The notes beneath the pieces were generated by a model. The model was not told where the DNA came from. It saw only the letters and a list, made by a program, of their open reading frames with translations, and did no database searches. From Candidatus Altimarinota bacterium (GTDB taxonomy: Bacteria; Patescibacteriota; Gracilibacteria; CAIRYL01; GCA-016699755), in NCBI GenBank assembly GCA_963664295.1, contig OY760935.1, positions 416,001-480,000 of the forward strand: a stretch of 64,000 nucleotides of DNA, given 5' to 3'. Below, piece after piece: positions 35,476 to 43,856 of the stretch (its first letter is position 1; every line of letters starts with the position of its first letter). Position numbers and translations under genes: made by a program.

Positions 35476-37980
35476 TTAAGTCACTCTTCTAGCAATTTCT
35501 CTTTCAACAAATTGTTTCTCGCGGGCATGTTTCAAGCGAGACAACTGCCTAAAAGCCTCTGCTCCTTCATAATCTTTTCCAGTAGGATCATAAATAGTGG
35601 CCATAGAAAATCCTTTTGAAGTAGCATTATTGATATTCAATTTTATATAAGCCTGATAATTTGCAATATTGATCAAATCTTGTTCAGAAAACACAGGAGC
35701 AAACTCCTTTGCCATATATTCCGCATCTTGAGCACCAATTTTAAAACACATCATAGAGCCCACATTACCAAACACAGCATCTTTAATTGTGTGATCTTCA
35801 TGCTTACCTTTTCCACCTTCACTCATCTGAGTAATCTGTGAGATGTACTGATGGGCAACAATAAGATTAAGGCGATATTTACGAGCTTCAGATAAAATAC
35901 TAGCAAAAGATTCCGTCACAAAGTTCTGAAACTCATCCACATATAAATAAAAATCTTTTCTTTCTTCTTCTGGAGTATCCACACGGCTCATAGCAGCCAT
36001 TTGCAACTTGGAAACCATAATCATACCAAGTAATTTTGCATTAAGATCACCTAATTTACCTTTTGATAAATTAACAAGTAAAATTTTTCCTTCATCCATT
36101 ACTTTACGGAAATCAAAACCTGATTTTGTTTGACCAAGAATGTTTCTAACTTGAGCATTAGTTGTAAAAGGACCAAATTTAGCCGCAAAATAAGGAATAA
36201 TCTCTTCTTTTTCTCTTTGTCCAGATTTTGCCATTTCTTTATGCCAAAATGAATTCACCACAGGATTAGTTACCTTAGCAACTTTCATTTGCTGATAAGC
36301 CTCATCAGTAAAAAGACGCATAATATCAAGAATAGTTGCTCCTTCTTTTTCATCTGCCATTAAAGTCAAAACAGCATTTCTAAAATAATGTTGCAAGCGA
36401 GGTCCCATAATTTCCTCACCAAACAGTTTAATAAAAATCGCCAATGCCTCTTGGGAAACAAACTCCTTTTGTTCTGCTGTTTCTGCTTCCAAAAGATTAA
36501 GACCCATTGGGCGCTCAAGATCACCAGGGTCAAAAAGAATAACATCATCAGCACGCTCGCGAGGAACACGAAGCAAAGCCGCCTCAACTAAATCTCCATG
36601 TGGATCAACAACTGCAACTCCTTTGCCATTTTCAATATCCTGACGAATCATATTTTCAAGAATTGTAGATTTACCAGTTCCAGATTTACCAATAGCATAA
36701 AAATGTCTTCTGCGGTCATTGTCAGTAATACGCACATCTCTTTTTTCGCCTCTGTAAATATTATGACCTAACAACAAGCCTTCTTTTGGAAGATTGTGCG
36801 GGCCAGGCATAATTTTAAATTCTTGCCATTTTATAGCAGTAGAAGGATTATAACGAATATTTGGAAAATGAAGCAATGAAGCCATTTCTTCAGTAGAAAA
36901 AACCTGTTTCCATTCCCAAATTTTTAAAAATCTCCACAAAGAACCCCAGAAAGGACGGGAAAAATTTCTATAAATATAATCTTTTAATAATTTTCTATGA
37001 GAATGATGATAGGTCACAGAAAAACCATTCATATCCGGCGCATTATATTGCTCAAAAGCACCTTTTAGGTTAGTAAGTTGCATATCCGCAGTTCTTTTGT
37101 TTGGCGCAGAGGTAATCAAGCGAATAATTACATCAAAACCAACTTTTGTGTGTTTTTCCTCAATTGCCTTAACTCTTTCTTGGATAATTGGAGTCACTCC
37201 TGCTCCAGCCTGATCATCACCATCTATTTTAAAATCATCAGCACCACGCACAGCAATATGAAAAAGAGTGCCCAACCAAACAAATGGATTTATTTTACTT
37301 AAAAAACTTTTTTTCTTTTTATTCGCATTAACAGACTCTGCTAAATCTTCACCTTTTTTTTGCCATTCTGTGCCAATCGGACGCAACATAAACTGAATAG
37401 CCGCACCTTCATCAGGCTTAATCTTGGAAAGAGCGTTAGCTAAATTGTTCAAAGGATCGTTTTCTAATCTCTGAAGAGTTCTAATAGGATAAGCATAACT
37501 TTTACCAAGATTAAGATAGGTTGAAACTTGTTTTGATTTTGGTTGAAAAATATTAGGAGGATCAACTTCCTCGATCACTGCATCAGGATAAAAACTAGTT
37601 ATTTGTTTTTCTGCTAATTTTTTTGTGTCTGACGGAATACCAATAAAAAAATGGATCTGACTATCAACAACAGCCATTTCGCAAGTAAAATACTCCTGCC
37701 CAATAAATTTATATTTTAAACGAGAAGATCGCAAAGCATGCATAGAAGCATAAAATTGTTGCATTATACTAGCAACTTTTATCCAGTCTTTAGCAGAACC
37801 AAACTCCTCCCCTTCTGTTTCCCTATCTTCTTTTGAGTCTTTTTTGGGAATTAAAATCTGCAAAAAAACAAGGTCAATTGCTCTTTCTTTGTCACGAAAG
37901 AAAAAAATCAACCATTTAGTAATAAAAAAAATGGCGATTAAGCTCGCTAATATGCCGATAATTATCAAAAATGTATCCAT
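35476..37980 (-). CDS. VirD4/TraD-like (type IV secretion coupling/HerA-like) membrane-anchored ATPase
   Basis: N-terminal TM; RRRHFYAIGKSGTGKS Walker A, VVDPHGDL, LYVDEFQNF Walker B, LSEARKYRL, AHQYISQ, FGNVG. Confidence 0.88.
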   Translation of the reverse strand: MDTFLIIIGILASLIAIFFITKWLIFFFRDKERAIDLVFLQILIPKKDSKEDRETEGEEFGSAKDWIKVASIMQQFYASMHALRSSRLKYKFIGQEYFTCEMAVVDSQIHFFIGIPSDTKKLAEKQITSFYPDAVIEEVDPPNIFQPKSKQVSTYLNLGKSYAYPIRTLQRLENDPLNNLANALSKIKPDEGAAIQFMLRPIGTEWQKKGEDLAESVNANKKKKSFLSKINPFVWLGTLFHIAVRGADDFKIDGDDQAGAGVTPIIQERVKAIEEKHTKVGFDVIIRLITSAPNKRTADMQLTNLKGAFEQYNAPDMNGFSVTYHHSHRKLLKDYIYRNFSRPFWGSLWRFLKIWEWKQVFSTEEMASLLHFPNIRYNPSTAIKWQEFKIMPGPHNLPKEGLLLGHNIYRGEKRDVRITDNDRRRHFYAIGKSGTGKSTILENMIRQDIENGKGVAVVDPHGDLVEAALLRVPRERADDVILFDPGDLERPMGLNLLEAETAEQKEFVSQEALAIFIKLFGEEIMGPRLQHYFRNAVLTLMADEKEGATILDIMRLFTDEAYQQMKVAKVTNPVVNSFWHKEMAKSGQREKEEIIPYFAAKFGPFTTNAQVRNILGQTKSGFDFRKVMDEGKILLVNLSKGKLGDLNAKLLGMIMVSKLQMAAMSRVDTPEEERKDFYLYVDEFQNFVTESFASILSEARKYRLNLIVAHQYISQITQMSEGGKGKHEDHTIKDAVFGNVGSMMCFKIGAQDAEYMAKEFAPVFSEQDLINIANYQAYIKLNINNATSKGFSMATIYDPTGKDYEGAEAFRQLSRLKHAREKQFVEREIARRVT

Positions 37981-38233
37981 CTATAATACTTTTTTTGTAT
38001 ATATAAATTTTCTCATAAAAAGCAATTATTCACAAGCTTTGCTTGCTAATAAAATTCAAAGAATTAATGAAAAAAATAATCAAAAAAAATTTGTAAATTT
38101 TATTTAGAAAAAAATAAGAACAGTCTGTGCTAATTTATTACAAAAAAAATTCAAATTGAGTTAAAAAATCTTTTTATTTGACTTATTTCCAATTTTCATT
38201 AAAAATATTCTGGCAAATTTAATTTATAGATAT

Positions 38234-38545
38234 ATGCCAATTATTGCTTCAGCTAAAAAAAGAATGCGTCAAAACGAAAAACGCAGAGTACAAAATCACG
38301 CATTTTTATCAAATATGCGTTCATTATTTAAAAATGTTTTTCACTATACAAAGAAAAAAGAAGGTGAAAAAGCAGGAAAAGCTTATTCTGACGCACAAAG
38401 CGCTATTGATAAATGTGTAAAAAAGAATCTAATTCACAAAAACAACGCAGCCAGAAAAAAAGCAAGACTAGCAAAAGCAATAGCCTCATTAAAAGACGCA
38501 AAAGTGACTAAAAAAACTGTTGTAAAACAAGCAAAGAAAAAATAA
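38234..38545 (+). CDS. rpsT: 30S ribosomal protein S20
   Basis: SAKKRMRQNEKRR, IDK..KKNLIHKNNAARKKARL. Confidence 0.96.
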   Translation: MPIIASAKKRMRQNEKRRVQNHAFLSNMRSLFKNVFHYTKKKEGEKAGKAYSDAQSAIDKCVKKNLIHKNNAARKKARLAKAIASLKDAKVTKKTVVKQAKKK

Positions 38546-38935
38546 GTGAAAATCCTAGCCATTGATTACGGCTTATCTCGTTGTGGCCTCGCATTTGGCA
38601 ACAGCGAGCTTTTGGTTGCCTTGCCTCTCTGTATATTAGCTACAAATGAGGATTTAATTAAAAAAATCCTTGAAATTGCTACTGAAAAAGAAATAGAAAA
38701 AATACTAATCGGCGCTCCATATGAACTTAATGGCGCAGAAAGTGAACAAACAAAAGCAGTATATAAATTTATTGAATTATTAAAAAAAGAAACAAAATTA
38801 AAAATAGAACTTTTTGACGAAAGATTGTCCTCAAAAGAAGCAGAAAAAAAACTAAAAGGCAGTGGAATAAAACAAGATGACGACATAGCAGCAACAAATT
38901 TTCTGCAAACTTATTTAGAAAAATTCTATGCTTGA
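38546..38935 (+). CDS. ruvX: Pre-16S rRNA nuclease/Holliday junction resolvase-like YqgF
   Basis: ILAIDYG..RCGLA, IGAP, FDERLSS, DDIAA..FLQ. Confidence 0.92.
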   Translation: MKILAIDYGLSRCGLAFGNSELLVALPLCILATNEDLIKKILEIATEKEIEKILIGAPYELNGAESEQTKAVYKFIELLKKETKLKIELFDERLSSKEAEKKLKGSGIKQDDDIAATNFLQTYLEKFYA

Positions 38936-39761
38936 TTTAACCAACTACAAACAGGTTCGTGACTTACTCAAGCATTTTAAAGTTTGGAAAAAAAAACGCT
39001 TAGGACAGCACTTTTTAGTTAATAAAAATGTGCTTAATAAAATAATTGAAGTTTCAAAAATACAAAAAGGAGAATATATAACCGAAATTGGAGCTGGACA
39101 TGGCGTTCTCACAGTTGAGTTACTTAAAAATGGTGCACTTGTGGATACAGTAGAAATTGATGATGATATGTTGCCAATTCTTAATTTCACAACTAAAAAC
39201 TACCGAGATCAACTAGAAGTTCACCATCAACACATTCTTGGTTATCAACAAAAAAATTTTCCTTATAAAGTGGTGGCAAATATTCCCTACCAACTCACCT
39301 CCCCTATTCTGAGAAAATTCCTTCCTGAAACTGATAATCCACCAAAAAGTATGACTATTTTAATGCAAAAAGAAGTCGCAGAAAGAATATGTAATCAAAA
39401 GAAAAAATCTATTCTTTCACTTATTGTTAGCGCTTTTGGTAAAGCAGAAATTGTTGAAATTGTGCCAGAAGATGCTTTTTTTCCTCCACCAAAAGTAAAA
39501 TCTGCAATTTTGCATATTGACATTTTTGACAAACCAAAAATAAAAATAAAACGAAAAAAGTTTTACACAATGGTAAAAATGGGCTTTGGATCACCAAGAA
39601 AAATGCTTAAAAATGTGCTTTCTGGCGCTTTTCGAAAACCAATATCTGAGATAGAAAAAATCATGGAACAACATAATATTCCATTAAATTCACGAGCAGA
39701 AAATTTGGAAATAAAAGACTGGGAAAACCTAGCAAAAGAGCTTATTTCTGGTGCTCTCTAA
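38928..39761 (+). CDS. rsmA: 16S rRNA m6,2A dimethyltransferase
   Basis: KKRLGQHFL, EIGAGHG, VEID, VVANIPY, QKEVAER, FFPPPKVKSA, RAENL. Confidence 0.96.
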   Translation: MLDLTNYKQVRDLLKHFKVWKKKRLGQHFLVNKNVLNKIIEVSKIQKGEYITEIGAGHGVLTVELLKNGALVDTVEIDDDMLPILNFTTKNYRDQLEVHHQHILGYQQKNFPYKVVANIPYQLTSPILRKFLPETDNPPKSMTILMQKEVAERICNQKKKSILSLIVSAFGKAEIVEIVPEDAFFPPPKVKSAILHIDIFDKPKIKIKRKKFYTMVKMGFGSPRKMLKNVLSGAFRKPISEIEKIMEQHNIPLNSRAENLEIKDWENLAKELISGAL

Positions 39762-40941
39762 AATCATTAACAAAAATAGTAGCAATAGAAGCAAGAGGCA
39801 CAGACAAAATCATGCCAATCACACCCAAAAACTGCCAACCAATAAGCAAAGCAATAATAGTGACAATTGGTGATAAACCAGTAGCTTTTTTCATAACCAA
39901 AGGAAGTAAAATATTCCCCTCAAAAACTTGCAAAATTACATGAAAAATAATCAAAGAAATACCAGTCACCAAAGATTGATTAAAAGCAACCGGAGCCGCA
40001 ACAACAAAAGTAATCAGAGGTCCAACATAAGGCAAAAACTCCGCAAAGCCAGCAACAAGAGCAAGAGTAAGAGCATACTTTAAGCCAATTATTGAAAAAC
40101 CAATATAAGCAATTAAAGCAACAAGAAAAAACAAGGCAACTTGTCCGTGTACCCACTCCCCTATTTTATTTTGAATTGTGCCTGTTTTAACAAAAATATA
40201 TTTTTCGTATTTTTTTGGAAATAAACTAGTAAAAAATTCTTTTAAAGCAGTTTTATCCACAACCATAAAGAAAGAAAGCAGTACAACAAGAATAAGATTA
40301 AAAATACCATCAACAACAGAAGTAATTGCACCAAATGCATTAGCAGCAAAATCAGTTAAATTTTCTGCAATTGTGCTTAATGAAGCTTGTAATTGTTCTA
40401 TTATCTCTTTTTGGTCAATTTGACTTACCACATTTTCCACATAAGGGCGGATAATTTCCGGAAGCATGTCACCAGAGCCATTTTGAATAACATTATTAAG
40501 ATAATCTTTTAAGAAAATAACCATTTCCGAAAGTTGTTCAATAATAATTGGAACCAAGGTGCCAATCATCAAGCTCAAAACAGCAATAACAATTAAATAG
40601 ATAATAATAACACCAGCCCAACGAGGAATTTTATATTTATTTTCAAGTTTATCAACACCAGGATTAAAAGCCGCAGCAATAAATAAAGACAAAAAGAAAG
40701 TAATTAAAATATCTTTCAGTTGAACAATAATATCCTGAACAAATAATAGTAAAAAAATAATTAAAATAATTTTAGTTGCACTCCAAATAGAAATATCCAC
40801 CACCATTCTTTCGGTTTTCTCTTGTGGTAAATGAGTTTTTGCAGATTTACTTTTTTTTGGTTTTTTCTTTAGATCATCTATTTTTTCTTTTACTGAAGAA
40901 AAAAAACTTTTTGATTTTTTTGCTATTTTTTTTAATGGCAT
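39742..40941 (-). CDS. AI-2E family transporter
   Basis: Multi-TM; GQV, EFLPYVGP, EGNILLP..M, GLSP, G.IGMILSVP. Confidence 0.9.
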   Translation of the reverse strand: MPLKKIAKKSKSFFSSVKEKIDDLKKKPKKSKSAKTHLPQEKTERMVVDISIWSATKIILIIFLLLFVQDIIVQLKDILITFFLSLFIAAAFNPGVDKLENKYKIPRWAGVIIIYLIVIAVLSLMIGTLVPIIIEQLSEMVIFLKDYLNNVIQNGSGDMLPEIIRPYVENVVSQIDQKEIIEQLQASLSTIAENLTDFAANAFGAITSVVDGIFNLILVVLLSFFMVVDKTALKEFFTSLFPKKYEKYIFVKTGTIQNKIGEWVHGQVALFFLVALIAYIGFSIIGLKYALTLALVAGFAEFLPYVGPLITFVVAAPVAFNQSLVTGISLIIFHVILQVFEGNILLPLVMKKATGLSPIVTIIALLIGWQFLGVIGMILSVPLASIATIFVNDFREHQK

Positions 40942-40943
40942 TT

Positions 40944-41297
40944 TTAAGTAGTAAAAAATCGAATAACAAATTCAACAATAACCCAGGACATTATTGCAAT
41001 TGTAAAGCCTATAAGTGCATTTTTAATTATATTTTTTGCTTTATCTTTGTCATCAGTAATCGAACCAATAATATAATAATAACCACCAATCATAACCATG
41101 CCTACAGCAAAAATACCTGCCAATTCAACTAAGGTTTGAATAAGATCAAAACCAAGAACAATAATATCATCTAGAGTAAACTCACCTTCTCTAATTTTTT
41201 TTGTCCACTCTACATCATCAGGCAAAAGAGAGGCATTTGCTACTTTGACTGGCAAAAATACAAAACCTATAATTAAAAAATATAAAAACTTTTTCAT
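40944..41297 (-). CDS. TrbC/VirB2-like pilin (isolated copy)
   Basis: Signal peptide; IGGYYYIIGS..DDKDKAKNIIKNALIG core. Confidence 0.8.
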   Translation of the reverse strand: MKKFLYFLIIGFVFLPVKVANASLLPDDVEWTKKIREGEFTLDDIIVLGFDLIQTLVELAGIFAVGMVMIGGYYYIIGSITDDKDKAKNIIKNALIGFTIAIMSWVIVEFVIRFFTT

Positions 41298-41380
41298 AAA
41301 CTCAATTTCGCAGATTTTAGCAATTATTGCAAGAACAATCCTGTTATAAACTTGTTAAAACCGTATCCTATAATTAAGGG

Positions 41381-41805
41381 TGTTATTGTGGGCTATATAT
41401 ATCCGCAATCTCGTAAGATGTCATTCTGAGCGGAATGAAATGGAACGAAGAATCTCCTTTGCCATGTGCTCAAGTCCTGTCTTGGGGAATTCAACAGTAA
41501 TGACTACGGGAGATCCTGAATTAAATTCAGGATGACATCATATTTGTCATTGCGGGCTTTTTGGGGTGTCATTGTGGACTTGATCCGCAATCTCGGGAGG
41601 CGAGAGGTGTCATTGTGGGCGTAAAACACTCCCTTGCTGTCATTCTGAGCGAAGTGAAACGGAGCGAAGAATCTCCTTGTCCATGTACTCAAGCCCTGCC
41701 TTGGGTAATTCAACAGTAATGACTACGGGAGATCCTTCGCTTCACTACGCTCACTCAGGATAACAGAGAAAGAAGGCATGGTAAGAAGATAAGGTTCAGG
41801 ATAAC
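41381..41805. repeat. GTCAT-headed REP/REPIN-like palindromic cluster, locus B
   Basis: Two complete modules GTCATTCTGAGCG...GAAGAATCTCC-linker-GGGAGATCC...CAGGAT(G/A)AC plus GTCATTGTGGACTTGATCCGCAATCTC. Confidence 0.9.
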
Positions 41806-41876
41806 GAAACAAAAAATAATAAACTCTAAAAAGTAATCCTATTGAAAAAAATATTTATTATGAGAAAATTGGCAAG

Positions 41877-42272
41877 ATGATTGATTTACCTATTTTTAGT
41901 GACAAAAACGGCGATTTAATCCCAATAGAACTAAATGAAAAAATACCCTTTGAAGTAAAAAGAGTTTATTTTTTGAAAAATGTACCAAAAAACTCTTTGC
42001 GTGGTGCCCATGCTCATCTAATAGAAAAAGAGGTTTTTGTTTGCATTCAAGGATCTTGCAAAGCCCTTATTGACAAAAATGGCACAGGCAAAAAAGAAAT
42101 TATTCTCAATTCCCCTGCGCAAGGATTATTTTGCGACACTTTATGTTGGCATGAATTTTTTGACTTTTCAAAAGATTGCATACTACTGGCCTTATCCTCG
42201 ACTAATTATCTACCTGGAGATATTAATTATATTACTTCTTATGAAGATTTTTTGAAAAAACATGACAAATAA
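41877..42272 (+). CDS. FdtA/QdtA (WxcM-like) sugar 3,4-ketoisomerase cupin
   Basis: D..GDL, IPFEVKRVY, RGAHAH, QGSC, WHEF, YITSYEDF. Confidence 0.9.
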   Translation: MIDLPIFSDKNGDLIPIELNEKIPFEVKRVYFLKNVPKNSLRGAHAHLIEKEVFVCIQGSCKALIDKNGTGKKEIILNSPAQGLFCDTLCWHEFFDFSKDCILLALSSTNYLPGDINYITSYEDFLKKHDK

Positions 42273-43272
42273 AACAGTAATAGTCACTGGTGGCGCTGGA
42301 TTTATTGGATCGAACTTTGTTCACCATATAAAAGAAAAATATCCTGATTGGAAACTTGTTGTTTTTGATGCACTTACCTATGCTGGAAATTTAGAAAACT
42401 TAAAAGGCGTAGAACACGAATTTATACAAGGAGATATTGCCAATAAGGCTGAAGTTGATAGTTTATTTGAAAAATACAAACCAAATTTTGTGCTCAATTT
42501 TGCAGCAGAAACACATGTAGATAGATCCATTCTTGGTCCTGATGTTTTTTTAGAAACCAATGTAAGAGGTACATATAATTTACTAGAAGCTAGTAAAAAT
42601 TATAATATTGAACGCTACTTGCAAGTTTCTACTGACGAGGTTTATGGTGATCTTGGCGATAACTCAACTAACTTATTTACAGAAACAACTCCAATTGATC
42701 CAAATTGTCCTTATGCCACCTCCAAAGCCTCTGCTGATCTTTTTGTGCGTTCTTATTTTGAAACCTATAAAACACCAATAGTAATTACTCGCTGTAGTAA
42801 TAATTACGGCCCTTATCAATTTCCTGAAAAACTAATTCCTTTTTTTATTTTTCGTGCCCTTAACAATGAGCCTTTGCCACTTTATGGCGATGGTAAAAAT
42901 ATTCGTGACTGGCTTTTTGTGCGTGATCATTGCAAAGCCATTGAAACTGTTTTATTAAATGGTCGTCTTGGTGAAGTTTATAATATTGGTGGCAATAATG
43001 AAAAAAGTAATATTGAAATTGCAGAAATAATATTAAACCGCTTAGGTAAACCAAAAACACTAATTACATTTATAGAAGATCGCAAAGCACATGACAGAAG
43101 ATATGCCATGGATGCAACAAAAATAAAAAATGAGCTTGGCTGGGTACCAGAACATTCTTTTGAAGAATGGATTGATGAAACAGTCAATTGGTACTTAAAC
43201 AATAAAAAATGGGTTGAAAATTGCTCAAAAAAAGCCCAAGATTTCATAGAACAAAATTTAAAAAACAGATAA
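42262..43272 (+). CDS. rfbB: dTDP-glucose 4,6-dehydratase
   Basis: VTGGAGFIGSNF, DALTYAGN, AAETHVDRSI, VSTDEVYG, YATSKA, SNNYGPYQFPEKLIP. Confidence 0.96.
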   Translation: MTNKTVIVTGGAGFIGSNFVHHIKEKYPDWKLVVFDALTYAGNLENLKGVEHEFIQGDIANKAEVDSLFEKYKPNFVLNFAAETHVDRSILGPDVFLETNVRGTYNLLEASKNYNIERYLQVSTDEVYGDLGDNSTNLFTETTPIDPNCPYATSKASADLFVRSYFETYKTPIVITRCSNNYGPYQFPEKLIPFFIFRALNNEPLPLYGDGKNIRDWLFVRDHCKAIETVLLNGRLGEVYNIGGNNEKSNIEIAEIILNRLGKPKTLITFIEDRKAHDRRYAMDATKIKNELGWVPEHSFEEWIDETVNWYLNNKKWVENCSKKAQDFIEQNLKNR

Positions 43273-43295
43273 TTTAAAAAATTTTTAATAAAAAC

Positions 43296-43856
43296 ATGTT
43301 TAAGCAAATAATTATATCACTTAGTTTAGCTTTTTCTCTTACTGGCTGTGCTGATCAAAACCCAACAAAAGAAGAAATACCTAACCCTGACCCAATAGCA
43401 GAAAAACCTGCAATAGAAAAAGAAATAGAAACTCCAAAACCAGAGGAAAAAGAAGTTGTGGTGACCCCAAAACAACCAAACACAGAAACAATCGGGGGCA
43501 TAAACAAAGACTCAGGCCTTGAAGATTTTAAAGGTAAACCATCAGTAATTATGATTGTAGGAACCTACTGTGGTCACTGCCAAAGATCTGTTCCTAGCTT
43601 TGAAGAAGAAATTTGGAAAAATTACCACGAACAAGCCAATCTTTGGGTTAATGTGATTGATGGTAAATATTTTGCTGTTTATGATGTAGCTCAAGGCTTA
43701 AATAGAAATCTAAGTTATCAAGGAATTACTGGCGAAGAATGTGGTTATATTCCTTCCTGGGTTTTACTTGATAAAGAAGGAGTTGTTGTTATGAGCTCTT
43801 GTGGCAACAAAAAAAGTATGACTGAAATGGAAGAAGCTCTGAAAGAGCTAATCTAA
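43296..43856 (+). CDS. Thioredoxin-fold lipoprotein (CGHC)
   Basis: Lipobox LTGC, P/E-rich linker, YCGHC active-site motif, YIP cis-Pro region. Confidence 0.75.
   Translation: MFKQIIISLSLAFSLTGCADQNPTKEEIPNPDPIAEKPAIEKEIETPKPEEKEVVVTPKQPNTETIGGINKDSGLEDFKGKPSVIMIVGTYCGHCQRSVPSFEEEIWKNYHEQANLWVNVIDGKYFAVYDVAQGLNRNLSYQGITGEECGYIPSWVLLDKEGVVVMSSCGNKKSMTEMEEALKELI

Noticed and set aside
13306-38935. Genetic code 25 (TGA=Gly) as in some Gracilibacteria/Absconditabacteria
   Set aside because: Long genes are intact under code 11, and TGA ends genes at natural boundaries with overlapping next starts (13309, 21867, 38935).
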